Assembly (NCBI RefSeq): GCF_008831285.2
Contig: NC_045138.2
Location: forward strand, 42,470,001-42,534,000
Direction of reading: 5' to 3'
Source of the DNA: Nymphaea colorata
Lineage: Eukaryota
Length of the DNA: 64,000 nucleotides
This document shows, one piece after another, positions 1-12,952 of the stretch. How positions within the stretch are numbered: position 1 is the stretch's first letter; every line of letters begins with the position of its first letter. A program made the translations under genes and the position numbers. The notes beneath the pieces are model-generated. The model saw only the letters and a list, made by a program, of their open reading frames with translations, ran no database searches and was not told the DNA's origin.

Positions 1-345
1 GATTTTTCTTCAGTGGGAAGATGGTGGAAAGCATCAATCAGACAAACATTAGGTTTGATGCCGAAATTTGTGGGAGCCTTCAAAATCATAGATCATTGCC
101 TAATATCTCTTTGTAACAACACTATTAATGTCATTACTAAATTAATAGTGAACAAGATGCAAAGTATTTTGATGTGTGCGATTGAAGAAAAGCAAGGGGC
201 TTTCTGCAAAAAGTGAAAAACCATTATGCAATCAGTATGTCCAATAATATCCTTCACAAACTTAGCAAAGTCAAAAGGAAATCTGTTTGCCTTAAATTTG
301 ACATGTCAAAAGATTATGACATGGTTTCCAACATGTTGTTCTTTG
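1..345 (+). mobile_element. Degenerate L1-type LINE reverse transcriptase fragment
   Basis: ORFs 13-216 and 213-416 give decayed RT motifs ISLCNNTINVITKLIVNKMQ...QGAF (cf. RPISLCN..YKIISK.L.NRL...QGAF) and LKFDMSKDYDMV (cf. LKLDMSKAYDRV), in different frames. Confidence 0.7.
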
Positions 346-1548
346 TCCTTACAGATAAATACTTAGACTCAACAAACCAAACATCCACAAAATCCCATAC
401 TCATCTTAGTACATAAATTACTAATGTTAGTTCATCACAAAACTAAGGAAGTCTATCTAGGAGTCAATGATTCATCAAAACCAGCTATACAGATAGAAAT
501 GATGGTCAAATTTGCCTGAATACAGCAATATCCAGCCATTGGTGGAGCATGGCTTGTTAAAATAGATATATAAAAATGTAAAAACAAAGCAATATGAAAA
601 CTCATGGCTATTGCCTCAAAGCTGCATGTTTCACCTACACCCTTAATTTATAACTTACTATCATAAATGATTTATACACGACCATCATGGGTTACAAAGT
701 CACATTGACAATCTATTGATAATTAATCCTGATCATCATGACGAGCATCAACATAAAACCCAATGGGCACAATACATAGGCAGAACAAAACATACGTTCT
801 AGGAAATCCATATAGGTTGAGGGTAACCTATAACAAAGTTTCTTGAGATATCCTAGATTGTCATTGTAGCAATAGAGTCACACAAGACATCACTTGAACT
901 GGTAGATTGACACCTCCACACACCTAGGTTGAGGGACCAGGAGATGTCTCATCCTCCAAATAAAAACATAAAGAGAATCACAGGCCCTTGAGTTGCTCAA
1001 CACTTTGTGGGTAGTCAAGTGTAGACAAAAGAGTGTGCAACCATGGTGAGTTCCTGCCACACCCCACCTCTTTGAACAATGCCATCTACTTGACCCAGTT
1101 GGCACTCACACATGCCATTATTTAAGACATGGTCAATGTTCTCCTTTTATGCATCTACCATTAAGATTTTCCATTACAAACCATATTCAAGTAATTTTTT
1201 ATAGAAACAAACCTTGAGAACAATTGCTGAGAATGGTTCAATTTAACTAACCACCAAGCCTGAGAGAGGGTAGAGAGAAAAATGTTATAGAGCCCTTCTA
1301 CACAAGTAAGAGCAACTAAAGTTTATTTGCATAATGTCCTTCATCAGTTCATTGGTGTGCAAGCATTTATGTCAATCATATTCATACCTTCACAATTATG
1401 TGTGTATATTCATACATATATACACATATAACTATATATATTATATGTATAACAAAAAATCTGTCGTCCATGTTTCTGCTCTTAATCAGATTTGTATTGA
1501 CAATGAACACATCTAAACCAGATAATCTGTCGTCCATATATATATATA

Positions 1549-1689
1549 GGATAATTAAAATCTTCTGGTCATCTGTCCATCTAGATGTCTCACATGTGCA
1601 GATGTATTGTATAGGGCTCTTGATGGGAGACATTTGGATTGACGAATGGTTGGAAGTTTTTAGTCTCTCTCCTATACACACACACACAC

Positions 1690-1726
<37 letters not shown>

Positions 1727-1741
1727 AAATCCTTTGCCCAT

Positions 1742-1829
<88 letters not shown>

Positions 1830-1950
1830 ATTAAAATCCTCTGGTCATCCGTCCATCTAGATGTCTCACATGTGCAGTCTGGTGTATTGGATGGGGCTCT
1901 CGATGGGAGACATTTAGATAGACAAATGGTTGGAAGTTTTTAGTCAACAT

Positions 1951-1999
<49 letters not shown>

Positions 2000-2040
2000 T
2001 GTGTGTGTATCTGCAATCCTTTGCCCATCCATCCATATGG
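1549..2040. repeat. Two copies of a ~190-bp unit interleaved with (AT)n/(GT)n microsatellites
   Basis: GATAATTAAAATC.TCTGGTCATC.GTCCATCTAGATGTCTCACATGTGCAG...GATGGGAGACATTT occurs at ~1550 and ~1827. (AT)n at ~1745-1821 and ~1953-1996; (GT)n at ~1703-1726. Confidence 0.85.
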
Positions 2041-2979
2041 TGTCTCACACATGCAGTCCCATGCAATGCATCGGGTTGCATGTGTGAGGCATGCCTTGAG
2101 TTGCATGTGCAAGATATGCTGCCCCATGCAATGCATTTTGTTGCATGTGTGAGATATGGACTGAGTTGTATGTGCGACAGATATGGATGATGAATCAAGA
2201 AATCCATAACCCTACACACACACACATAGATTGAATACTCAATTAATGCATCCCATAAATAACCTGTTGGGTATTGCCATAAATCTAGCACTTCAATATA
2301 GTGAAATCTGCCTTGTCTTGCAATTTTATTGTTACAATTGTATTATTTACAAGCCTTGTCATAAGAAAGATATGTATCTGCAGTTTGTTCTACTACATGT
2401 TGCTAAAGTGAAATAATAGTAAACATATGATATAAATAATAAAGGGACAATAGATTGCACATGGCAGTCTATGTGGAAAGTATTTCTTCTCCACTCAAAT
2501 CTATTCATTTATTTTGCATTAGTGCCCTTCTATAGAACTTACTGCCCATAAAAGAATTTATTTCTAAGAATTTGAGAACCCATTAAGCAAATCTGAACTT
2601 CAATTGTTCTCATATATAGCATATTCCCATAACACTTTTAATCACCAAAGCAGCATGTACACCTCCATGAATTTAATAAATTTTATCATCTCACCATACC
2701 ATGGATTGCAACAAGTCATACAACGTGCCAAGTTCCATAACAGATCCATTTTGGGCATGGTATCATATTAAACATGATGCCTTAACAATAGAGTCCCTAT
2801 TTTAACATTGTACTTATTCCTATATTAGAATATATGTAACTATATACATGTAGATATCTATATTATAAGTAAGCACATTAAAATGCATAACAATTATATG
2901 CTCCTTCTATGTTTAAGTATCTCTATACATATTTTGTCATGTATTGGAAGTGTAAGTCTTGGTAACTTCAATACAAAGG

Positions 2980-4800
2980 TTAAGCTATGATGTATTATAC
3001 TTTTGTTAAGACCATATTCTTAGTTGTTTAGGCTACAACATAAAGAAACATGGGATGCTATTCACTAGGTACATATTGATGAAATGAAAGCTTACTACAA
3101 AAAAATGATCTTCTATAACATAGATAAAGCCTACATCACTAATTTGTCAGACCATGCATGCTAACCATGATGAAAATCATGTTTCGTCATAGAAGCCTTG
3201 GAGTACATGAATATTAGTAGAAAAATTCCTTGTGTTAATGAAGTGAAACTTTCAACAATGCTCCCTGAAAATATAATAGCCTTTACAATGAATGATTAAA
3301 TGGTACAGCTTTGCTGCGGTACAAAAACTATTGCTTCTTTTGGCAAAAGTCATTGCACCATAACCCTAATTTTTTTTTGTGAAAACTTTTCGCCGTCATA
3401 TCTTCTCCTTTTAATCATCCATTCCCATAGGATAACAGTTTTGGTGTTTCATTTACTGTGAAGTACGTTATTGTTCTAGCATCTTAGTGCCTGAAGGTCG
3501 ACCTTGTTTTGCTCTTTTTCAGCAATCAACTATTACTCTGGCGGCACCAGGGTAAACAATATTGGCTTTTTTGGCAATTGACCTCTTTTTTGGTTCCTCT
3601 TTCGATGACATTGGATTTTTGAGTGATCAACCCTACTATTTTGCTCATCCCCTGGTGACATTGTCTCATTTATCTTGCTTTCTTCTTCAACAATCATTGC
3701 TTTCTCTTTGAAACCAAGTTTTCTCTCATGTCGTACAAGGCATGCTTGCTTGGATCTTCCACTAATTCGGCATCCTCCTCTACAACTAATGGAGCAAGTT
3801 TGGTGGCTTATTTTCAATAAGCAGATTTTGATACTCAAAGGCAAACTCATGATGTGGATCATATAACTTGTTTTCTTTTTATTATGGTTTGGATCACATA
3901 CTATGCACTAGATTCTGGTTTGACTTCACATCCAGATGTTTTAGCTTGACTTTTTGGAAGTGATCTTTAGGAAATTGACTCATTTTCCACAAAATGAGGA
4001 TGTTGTGCAAGTGTTTTGTGCAAGGGTTCATGCTATGTTTGTGTGCTTGAAAAGTTTATACTTTAGGACATTGTTCTATAGTCACCATAATAAATAAAAA
4101 TATGCATGTTCCAAATGTGGTTTGAAGTAAACTCACTTATTCTAGTTTGTAGTAAAAATATAGTCTTTGAAGCATACTCATTGTTTGATTGGAATATAGT
4201 TTAAAGGAACAATATTAGATGGATAACAAAGCTTAGGAAGAAATTGGTTCCTGTTGATATAAGGAAGATTAATTCTTATATAATTTTGATGATTCATCTC
4301 TATGGCATACTGGAAATTCCAAATCATTTAGAGAATGTTATTGGCAGATTATGTGGACCCTACTCCAAATAGAGGCCTCCCCTATAATTATGAAGTGGCC
4401 CTTACGGCCAGCAATCTCATTGAACAGAAGGAAACCACGACCCTCCTCTCTCTTCTTCCTTCAATGGCTGCTTTTCATGGCATTGAAAGAGTGGAGAACA
4501 CCAAAGTTACTGGTTCATTTGGTAGTATATCAGTTGATATAGCGGTTCAAAAAGTTGTTCCTAGCATGAGGAGCACATAATTATCATTTATTTTACATGA
4601 TTAGATTGGTATGGACACAAAATCATTCTTAGACTTGATCTTGTACTGAATGCAATTATAGGATGGAAGAATAGAATTGATGATGATGTTGTTTAGCTAG
4701 GAGAAACAAGTGAACAGACTCCAATTTATAGTGCATTATCAACGCTATCTACTACTTAGAAGTAGTGACCAGTCAAGTGTGCTACAAGCAGCTTTTGTGG
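2980..4800 (+). mobile_element. Possible highly decayed 3' part of a LINE
   Basis: Broken, weakly L1-like reading frames in the same orientation as the RT fragment at 1-345. No clean motif. Confidence 0.3.
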
Positions 4801-5639
4801 ATCCTTTGACAAAGAAATCATTTCGACTTGTAATATCCATGATCAAGTCCCTTGATTAATCTCATTAAAACCTCTCCTACGGTACTGCAAGTGAAGCAAA
4901 AGATTAAACCAGGATTATCTACTGCATGTACAATCAAAATGGTCATGTTTTTTTAAGATTACCCTATCTTTCTGTCTAATAGGTGATTTATTGAGGGAGA
5001 TTCATGCCTCACTGTAAAAAATAATTCCAATATGCAAAATTTATTACCCTTACTTGCCAATTTACATTGATGAGAGAAAAAAAGGAATGAAACCGAAGGA
5101 AGAATTATAGATAATAGCATCAACCATAAACAATGCTATCAAAGACCATCAATGGCTCTCCCTACTCTATTATAGAGCCATTCAGCCTATGTTGACCTTG
5201 CTCACACCTCAAACCACAAAAGCAATCCATTATAGATAGGAAATTAAGATCTGTGATTTGGGCCACACATTTAGTCTTGCCAACATTGTTAGTCTAATCA
5301 AGTACAAAAGAGCTATGACTGTTGATCTTGGAGTGTAGTGCATGATGCCATTTTAATTGTCTTCCCATGTTTTATATGAAATTTTGTGAGTTAGGAGTAT
5401 TGCTATATTTTTTTGACATTTGCAGTGTTGCCTGATACTCCATATTGTGAAAGAGAATTAGTATCTCTTGTGTTTGTCTCGCTCATATTGTCTAGTGTTA
5501 TTTTAACATGGAGTCTCTTCTTGATTAGTAAATAGAAATAAGTCAAGAGAACCCTATGCTAAAAAGGTATGATGTTAGGTGATTTGGCATATACTCCTTC
5601 TAGTTCTATCCTCTATTATAGTTAAAGAAAGAGGGGGGA

Positions 5640-7116
5640 TGTAGCATCATTACATTAGTTCATCTAAATCAAGTTAAAGCATTTTTAAGGCTTTGATTTG
5701 TGGCATTCTGTTTACATTCAAAAGTTTTCACCTTTGTATATAGACCATTCATTTGGGGAATAAATTTGTACTTGCCTTTGTTTTCCTTGTGTAGGAATAT
5801 AAAAAATAGGTTATCATTAAAATTTTCACTGGTGGAGCGAGGGGGTGCTTTAGATCATTTACTTATTGGTAGAGATATGCTGAAAATTTTGAAAAAGATT
5901 GAATTGATTTAGTTGAATTGAGCTTGATAATTGTTTATAGAGTGTAACAAGTAATACGAATGAGATCCAAAACCTTCAAAGCTAAATTAAACTCAAACCA
6001 AGATGCCCTGAACTAAGAGAAATTGGATTCACACATGATAAACATCATTGTAGCATACTTTTAGCTCACTTCATTAAGTTGACCTCAAATCCAGCTCAGA
6101 CCCTGCTAAATCAGAGAAAGAGTGATCTCCTAGGCTTTTGGAATTGAATTAAAATCAAATGAGGATTGATGAACTCAAACTTAACTAAGGGAAGATCGGT
6201 TTACACATAATAAATATATTTTTAGCTCGATTTCGTTTCACTCCATTAGGTTAAGCTCGGGTTTAGCTCAAACCCTATAAATAAGAGAGAAAGTGAGCTT
6301 TGGGACCTTCGGAATTGCATTGAACTCAAAGTAGGATGAATAAACTCAAATCGAACTAAGGAAAGATGGATTTACACATGATAAACATGATCCTAGTTTG
6401 GTTTTAGCTCACTCCATTTGGCTGAACTCAAGTTCAGCTCAAACTCCTAAAAAATGGAAAAGAGAGAGTGAACTTTAGAACTTGTTAGTTACTCTAGGAT
6501 TTAAATTAGGGTTGGTAACTCAAAGTAAGTGGAATAATACTTTTTTTTTTCACTAACTGAACATGGCTGAACTTAAGGATATATGGTCAAGCTAAAAATT
6601 GCGGTTTTAGGTTCTGATAAGCTGATTTCAGCTAGGGTGAGCTGAGTTAAGTTGGTCAAAAGAACTAGTGAGCTGATTTCAACAATCCTTGAAGACTTAA
6701 AGAGCTAAAAATTACCATGTTTGAGTTTGTTCTAAATCACTATCAGAGTTTTTGAGATTTCCTGACATTTCAGGGCAAAATGGTGATTTGCGCATAATGG
6801 CAAGTTTTGGGATGTTTGCACTTATAAAAGTGAGAATTTTATTCTAATTGTTCAGGTGTAAGGTAGTTCTCGGAGTCTCTTGGTGGAATTCTTAGTTTAT
6901 GGCTTAAACAAGCAGTCACAAGTGCAAAATGGTCTTTATTAGGATGGTGCCTAAGTCATCTAAGTCTAGGTCCCTCATTTCCGAATGAAGTTCTTAGAGT
7001 TCTTCCATTCTAATGCATGGCCTCAACTATTGAAATCATGTTTTGAAACTATTTTAAAATCACTTTATGAAGGGTAAACAGTTGTTCCTAGCTGTGAGAG
7101 ATTTGGGGTGTCTACA
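5640..7116 (+). mobile_element. Probable 3' LTR (~1.48 kb) of a truncated LTR retrotransposon
   Basis: Purine tract AAAGAAAGAGGGGGGA (5624-5639) lies directly before TGTAG (5640). The element ends GGGGTGTCTACA (7116), giving TGTAG...CTACA inverted termini. Confidence 0.55.
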
Positions 7117-7483
7117 CATTCACTTTAAGGCAATTATAAAAATTTTTATGAAAGAGGAAAGAAAGGAAGCAAAATCTATAAAACAAGAAATTAAAAACAC
7201 AATTGAAGTTACAATTTGCATTGAAATAAAATACTAACATACATATCCTAACATCTTATAAATTACTTAAGTCGGCCAGAACAATTGATGGGCCTCTGCA
7301 GATTTGACTGTTTTAATCTCTTTCAGTATGGTTTGAAGTGGTTCTGTAGCCCATTTCCTTCGAGTTGCCTGCCCTTTTCGCCTTTCCGATCCCGCTATAA
7401 CAAGTTGCCGAAAGAATCATATAAGGAAGCCGCTGAACAACCACAATCCCCATCGCTTCGTTTCTTCCTCCTTGGCCCCCAAA

Positions 7484-8557
7484 ATGGGCGAGATGGAGAG
7501 CCTGGCGAGAGTGTGGCTCATCGCCCTCGCTTCCTTGCTCTACGTATACGCCGTCGTCGCCAGGCTACCAAAGAACGCTTCGCGTCTCATGGCTGTGCTG
7601 CCCATCGCCTACCTCTTCCTGAAGATCCCCTGGCTGCTTTCCTCCCTCTTTTTCCGCACCGTCAGCGCCTTCTGCCTCGTCTGGCTCTGCAACTTCCGCC
7701 TTGTCCTTTTCTGCTTCGATTCGGGACCCCTAGCCGAGAACCGCGACTCGCTCATCCGCTTCCTCGTGTTCGCGGCCCTCCCCATCAAGGCGCAGCAGCG
7801 CGCTGGCGGATCCACCAGCAAACTCCAGCAGCCGCCGCACCTTCTCCGCTCAGTGGCGAATCTCGCGATGGAGGCAATCGTCATGCTTCTGTGTCTGAGA
7901 GTATACGGGCACAAGGAGGCGCTGCCGCACCAGAGCATCGTCATCTTAGTCTACGGCCTGAACTTGATGGTCACAGCTGACGGCCTCTTCGTCGCCGCGG
8001 CGGTCCTTGCCCGGCTGTGCCTGCGCGTGGAGCTGCAGCCGCAGTTCAACCGGCCTTTCCTATCGAGTTCGATCCGCGACTTCTGGGCGCGCCGATGGAA
8101 CCTTGTCGTCAGCAGCACGCTCCGCGAGGCCGTGTACCAGCCGGTTTGGGCGGCGTGCAGGGGAGTAATCGGCCGGAAGAGGGCAAGGGACGTCGGAGTG
8201 ATGGCCGCTTTCCTGGTATCCGGCCTGATGCACGAGGTACTGCTGTACTACATGACGTGTCAAGCGCCGAGCTGGGAGTGGGCAGCCTTTTTTACTCTGC
8301 ACGGCCTCCTAGCGGCGGCTGAAGAGTGGTTGGAAGGGCTGCTGGGGCCTGGGCTAGTGGGTGGCCTGCCGCGAGCCGTAAAAATCGGTATGACTTTGAC
8401 GGCGTTGTTTTCAACGGGCACGTGGCTCTTCTTCCCTCCCGTGATCAGACACAATCTCGATCTCAAGGTGGCGTCTGAAGTACAAGATGGTGTCCGATTT
8501 CTGGCCCATCGCTTAACGGCTGCTGCTGGCCATGCAACGGCTGCCTTTCATCTCTGA
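7484..8557 (+). CDS. MBOAT-family wax synthase / long-chain-alcohol O-fatty-acyltransferase (ASAT1-like), intronless, 357 aa
   Basis: ATG at 7484 (the ORF track starts at an upstream TTG). GC-rich and hydrophobic. Family motifs PQFNRPFLSSSIRDFWARRWNLVVSSTLR and AFLVSGLMHEV (catalytic His). Confidence 0.93.
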   Translation: MGEMESLARVWLIALASLLYVYAVVARLPKNASRLMAVLPIAYLFLKIPWLLSSLFFRTVSAFCLVWLCNFRLVLFCFDSGPLAENRDSLIRFLVFAALPIKAQQRAGGSTSKLQQPPHLLRSVANLAMEAIVMLLCLRVYGHKEALPHQSIVILVYGLNLMVTADGLFVAAAVLARLCLRVELQPQFNRPFLSSSIRDFWARRWNLVVSSTLREAVYQPVWAACRGVIGRKRARDVGVMAAFLVSGLMHEVLLYYMTCQAPSWEWAAFFTLHGLLAAAEEWLEGLLGPGLVGGLPRAVKIGMTLTALFSTGTWLFFPPVIRHNLDLKVASEVQDGVRFLAHRLTAAAGHATAAFHL

Positions 8558-9667
8558 GTTTTTTCCTTTCTCGGCGTTGCTGCAATCTGGCATTTCAGTT
8601 TTATTCTGTATACGTACTTATTGAAGCAAAAGCTTCTTTTGCTTCTTTGTAGTATAATTGACGAAATGCCAAAGTCAATTTCAATGTTAAAATGAATAAG
8701 TTCTTGATAGATCAAGTTAAGTATCCTTAATATCTCGTAACGGCAAAAAAGTCACCTTTGGCTGCAAGTGGTTTCCTGTCCTAGTTGGTTAGGTAAGGTT
8801 ATTAATGTGGGAAGCAGCCCAAAAGACAAGATTTTTGAGTCTAACATTGCGTTGTCTGCAATTCAATGAAAAACCAATCCCCAACCAAAAGGTTACGATG
8901 TTGCTCACACCATAACAAAATCTAAAGGCCGTTGGCAACCTTTAAAATTTTCCAAACGGTTCAATCCATTGGGCTAAGCCCGTCTTAATTTTATTCCCCT
9001 TATCATGGAGGGCTTCTCACAAAGCCAGTTTCCCTTTATCTATTTATAAGAAATGTGACCACTGTTCATGATTAGGGAAGAATATTCTAGAGGACAAAAC
9101 CCTCTTTCATTCTCTCTCTATGAGGAAAAAGAAAAACAGAGGCACTTCAGCCCAAGTAGAGTTCTCTCTCCCTCTCTCTCTCTCTCTAATATGCAGCCCT
9201 AAAAAGTGTTTCAGTTAGTATGTCTTCTCTAGAAGCAAAAACTGTGTATGTCCTCTCTTTTTCTTTCTTTTTACATGTGTTGTGTTTAGATTCTTGTTCA
9301 TTTATTTTGCATGGTTTTCCTGTACTAGCAAAATCAACTGTAGCAGATAATGACTCGAAAATTCCCCTTTTCTCATACTGCATTTGGGCTTTAAGAACAA
9401 TTAATGGACAGGTCCCCATACCCAGCCCTCTCTTCTTCCTTCAGCCCGTCATAGAGTCTATATTACTTCCCCCTCCCATATATGAGAGAGAGATGACATG
9501 CATGTGGCTCCTCTACTTAGAATTTGGTCTTGCCTCAACTCATGATCAATGATAGGAATAAGGTTTGGTGCTGAGTAAGTGTTCGCTTCAAGGCCAAAAC
9601 TGCTTTAGGTACAACTATTAGCCCTTAAACTGATGAACCTATTGTAGAAGACATAGGGGATGAAGAA

Positions 9668-10165
9668 ATGGAACCAGAACGAGACCCCAATCCCTTGGCC
9701 CCTTTGTTATATTTTTGAAGAAACATAGAGGGTTCTCAATTTGATGTTTTCCTCAGCTTTAGAGGTAAAGACACTCACAAGGGAGACAATCTATATGAGG
9801 GCCTTAAGTAGCATGGCTTTTCCAACTTTAGATACAATGACAACATGATAAAGGGTGAGAAGATCGAGAGGCTGCTGGAATACATTTAAAAGCCTAAGAT
9901 CTATATCCCCATAATCTCCAAGAGCTATGTTAATTCCAATGGTGTTTTAAAAAGCTTGCCAAAATAGTGGTGTGTAACAAAAAAGTAATTCTTGTGTTCT
10001 TTGATGTGGACCCCATGCATGTTAAGAAAGAGAATGGCCCTTTTGCTTTTGCATTTGATGAGAGGCATGAATCAAATGGGAAGCTGAAGGAGGAGGAGGT
10101 GAGAAAGTAGAGGGAAGCATTAATGAAAGTGGGGAATATGTCTAGTTTCACCCTAAATGACAAAG
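9668..10165 (+). pseudogene. TIR-domain (TNL first exon-like) pseudogene, copy 1
   Basis: MEPERDPNPLAP...EGSQFDVFLSFRGKDTHKG...KGEKIERLLEYI...IPIISKSY...WC...ILVFFDVDP.HV; contains stops and frameshifts. Confidence 0.85.
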
Positions 10166-11039
10166 ATGTGTATATATGATAGTAATTTCCTCAGCCACTC
10201 TAAACAAATAAAGGAGATTGTTGTGCATGGCACTTGTAAGACAATTAGTTTACATTACATGAAAAATGCAGGTATGTCATTGTATTAACTCATCATCAGA
10301 TCTTATTTACTGCTACTTATGCAAATAGTTATGACTTCATAAATTTAAGCACAAAAATTAATTTGAGGTACTCAGAAGATGGTTGACTAGACTTGACTAA
10401 ACATCAATACCATAGGGCAAGCTGCTTGCTCTCTTCTAGTTAGGGTTACATTTTCAAGCTGAAAGCTTTATGTAGTTACTACCAAACAGGCCCTGAGCAA
10501 AGGACTAAAAGCCTGGAGTAGTATATTAAAAATTAGTACTTGACTTTTTTTTTATTTTCATATTCTCATTTGCACATCACCAACTTTTTGCACACTTGTA
10601 TAGGTTTTGTTTCTAAATAAAGGTTCTTGGATGCATGAAACTATATATGAGATTGGTGTAGCACAAGGTCTATCATCTAAAAACTTGAGGAAAACACCAG
10701 TGCCTAAAGCTCAAATTGAATATCTAAAGATTATTAGATGTGACAGATGAGTTTCCCACTAGCTGCTAGGTGATTGTGATTGGCCGTCTATATTTGTTTC
10801 TGTGCCATTGGGTTCATGTTTGTAATGTATATAGTCTCCACCCGATATTGGATTTACTAATGCATTGCAGCATGAATTGGCACATCAAAAAGGATATTTT
10901 GATTGGAAACTAGGTCTGTATATTTCATACTGGCAAAAAGGTCACCTTTGGCAGCAAGTGGTGTCCTGCCCTGGTCAGTTGGATGAGGTTATTAATGTGA
11001 GAAGCAGCTGAAAAGACAAGATTTTTATAAGTGACTTCG

Positions 11040-12110
11040 CTTCACCAGTTTAAGATCAACTCATCGAGGGACTTACAGGTCGGGCCGGGGCGAAGCACTC
11101 TTTCTTTCTGTGTGGGACAATGGCAGGGAAAGAAGGGATGCTTGAAGGTGGCAAACAACCACAGAACCACATTTTTCTTCCCTCCATGAGATGAGCCCTT
11201 TTCATTGGACCGATGGTGAGAGCTGGCCCAAAAAGCACTTGGGTGCTCTATGTATGATGTAGACTCAAACCATTTCCCTTTCTTATGGACAAAAAAATCA
11301 TTCTTCCCTCCATGGAAAATTATCTAATTTGATCTATCAGAACAGATCAGGCTATTTATCAATCCATTGCATTCACCTCGCTTTTAGTTCATTTCCGCCA
11401 TGCCAACATAGCTGCCATAATAAGAAGTAGGTGAAGCAATTAGAAGTACTCGATTCATGCCCTTTCATTCTTCTTCCATAATGGGGAATGAGAAAGCCAA
11501 AAGAAAGATTTGATTTGGACTTTGTGGAGCCGGTGCGTTGCTGCCTGCGTGTAGAGCCACCCCCCACTCCCATCCTAGGGTGCAAAGTGTGGTTTTTGTT
11601 GTTTTTAGAACAAATGGCAGTGTTTTGTTGATGCCTCGAATCAAGCATTATGACATGCTATGTTTTCTACCCCATTACTAGTAGGTTGAAGGGTCGCATG
11701 CCCAACATAAATGTTTTGGCTGGTACAACACTCAAAATAGGGGACCTAATGGCTACCACTCGACTAGACATACCAATAGTCACCAGATTCACATGGGCTA
11801 CAGGGGAGTGGGCAATGATCTTCTTAAGATCGATCTGTCTTGAAGTGATCAAGGGAGTATATATTAGAGCAATTGTGCTTGAAGTATAAATGAAAGGAGC
11901 AGAACAAAGTGTTGCTTTGGGAAACATGGGTATGGAAAATCATAAAAACCCGTGGGTGCCCAATTTTGATGGAATTCTTGCCAACATGATGTATCCAGCC
12001 ATAGGTGCCTCTACATGAGCTTCATGTGATCAAATATGAACTGGTATCATAGGCACTTTGATGGAGACAAAAGTGAAAGAAGCAATCCATAAAAAGATTT
12101 GGCGCCGCTC
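11040..12110 (-). pseudogene. nad4: Nuclear mitochondrial insertion (NUMT): nad4 exon fragment (11762-12110) plus the adjacent group II intron
   Basis: Minus strand reads ERRQIFLWIASF...KVPMIPVHI*SHEAHVEAP...IPSKLGTHGF...SIPMFPKATLC...RQIDLKKIIAHSPVAHVNLVTIGMSS, then runs into intron-like sequence. It has in-frame stops. The left boundary is approximate. Confidence 0.9.
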
Positions 12111-12952
12111 ATCATTTTTCATAAGCACCCTCGCTTCACTTTGGCTTCCCTATAGTCCATCATGTCATTTTTTTGAACTTTAAAGGACATCAATTTGATG
12201 GACAATTTTCATTGTTTTTGAATGATTCTTGATACTAATGGTCAGTGATTCAGGAAATCATTAAAAGTGATTCCAATGAATATTACTTTATCTAAATAAG
12301 CATTCCTTTCAATCTGATAGTTGGCATTAACTCATTAGATTTTAAAAAAGCACTCCTTTCAATGTGATCTTGAAAGTCATGTCACGTTAGAACAAAGCCT
12401 TCTTGTTAACTTTTCATGAAGGGAACTCATCAATTTGATGGACAATTTTCATTGTTTTTGAATGGTTCTTGACACTCAAGAACACTAATTCAGGAAATCA
12501 TAAAAAATGCTTCCAATGAATACTGTTTTGTTTGAATTAGCTCATATTTTTTACAAGCACTGGCATAGCTTAGGGATTTGCTTGTGACCTAACGTTCCCT
12601 TAAGCAATTGCAAGTTGCAAGTGCCTTGATCACTAGCCGTCTGGCCCGTATCTTCAATCTTAAGTAAAGTGAAGTCAAGTCAATGAACAACATTACCTCT
12701 TTTGTTTGAAGCTTTTCCAGGAAGCTTCCACTTGTGGAAGGCCTTGGCCTCCCCTTAATTCTGAAACATAACCAAACGACTTGCAATTCTCTCCACTTCT
12801 CTTTCATCATCATTCTAAGCAGACTTGTTGGCTATAGCCATGCCACTTCTTTTTTTTCTTAGTATAGCGCAGACTAAGCAAACTTGTTGTCAATAGCCAA
12901 TTCTCTTTCTTTGATAGCAGTCATAGGGGCTTAAGAAAGGATTTGATCTACG

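Noticed and set aside
1334..2291. ORFs with [10 protein letters not shown] runs (also 44086-44500)
   Set aside because: Translations of microsatellites.
7285..8466. Overlapping alternative-frame and antisense ORFs over both wax synthase genes (also 52229-53502)
   Set aside because: Expected shadows of GC-rich coding sequence; their lengths are not conserved between the paralogues (231 vs 191 aa).
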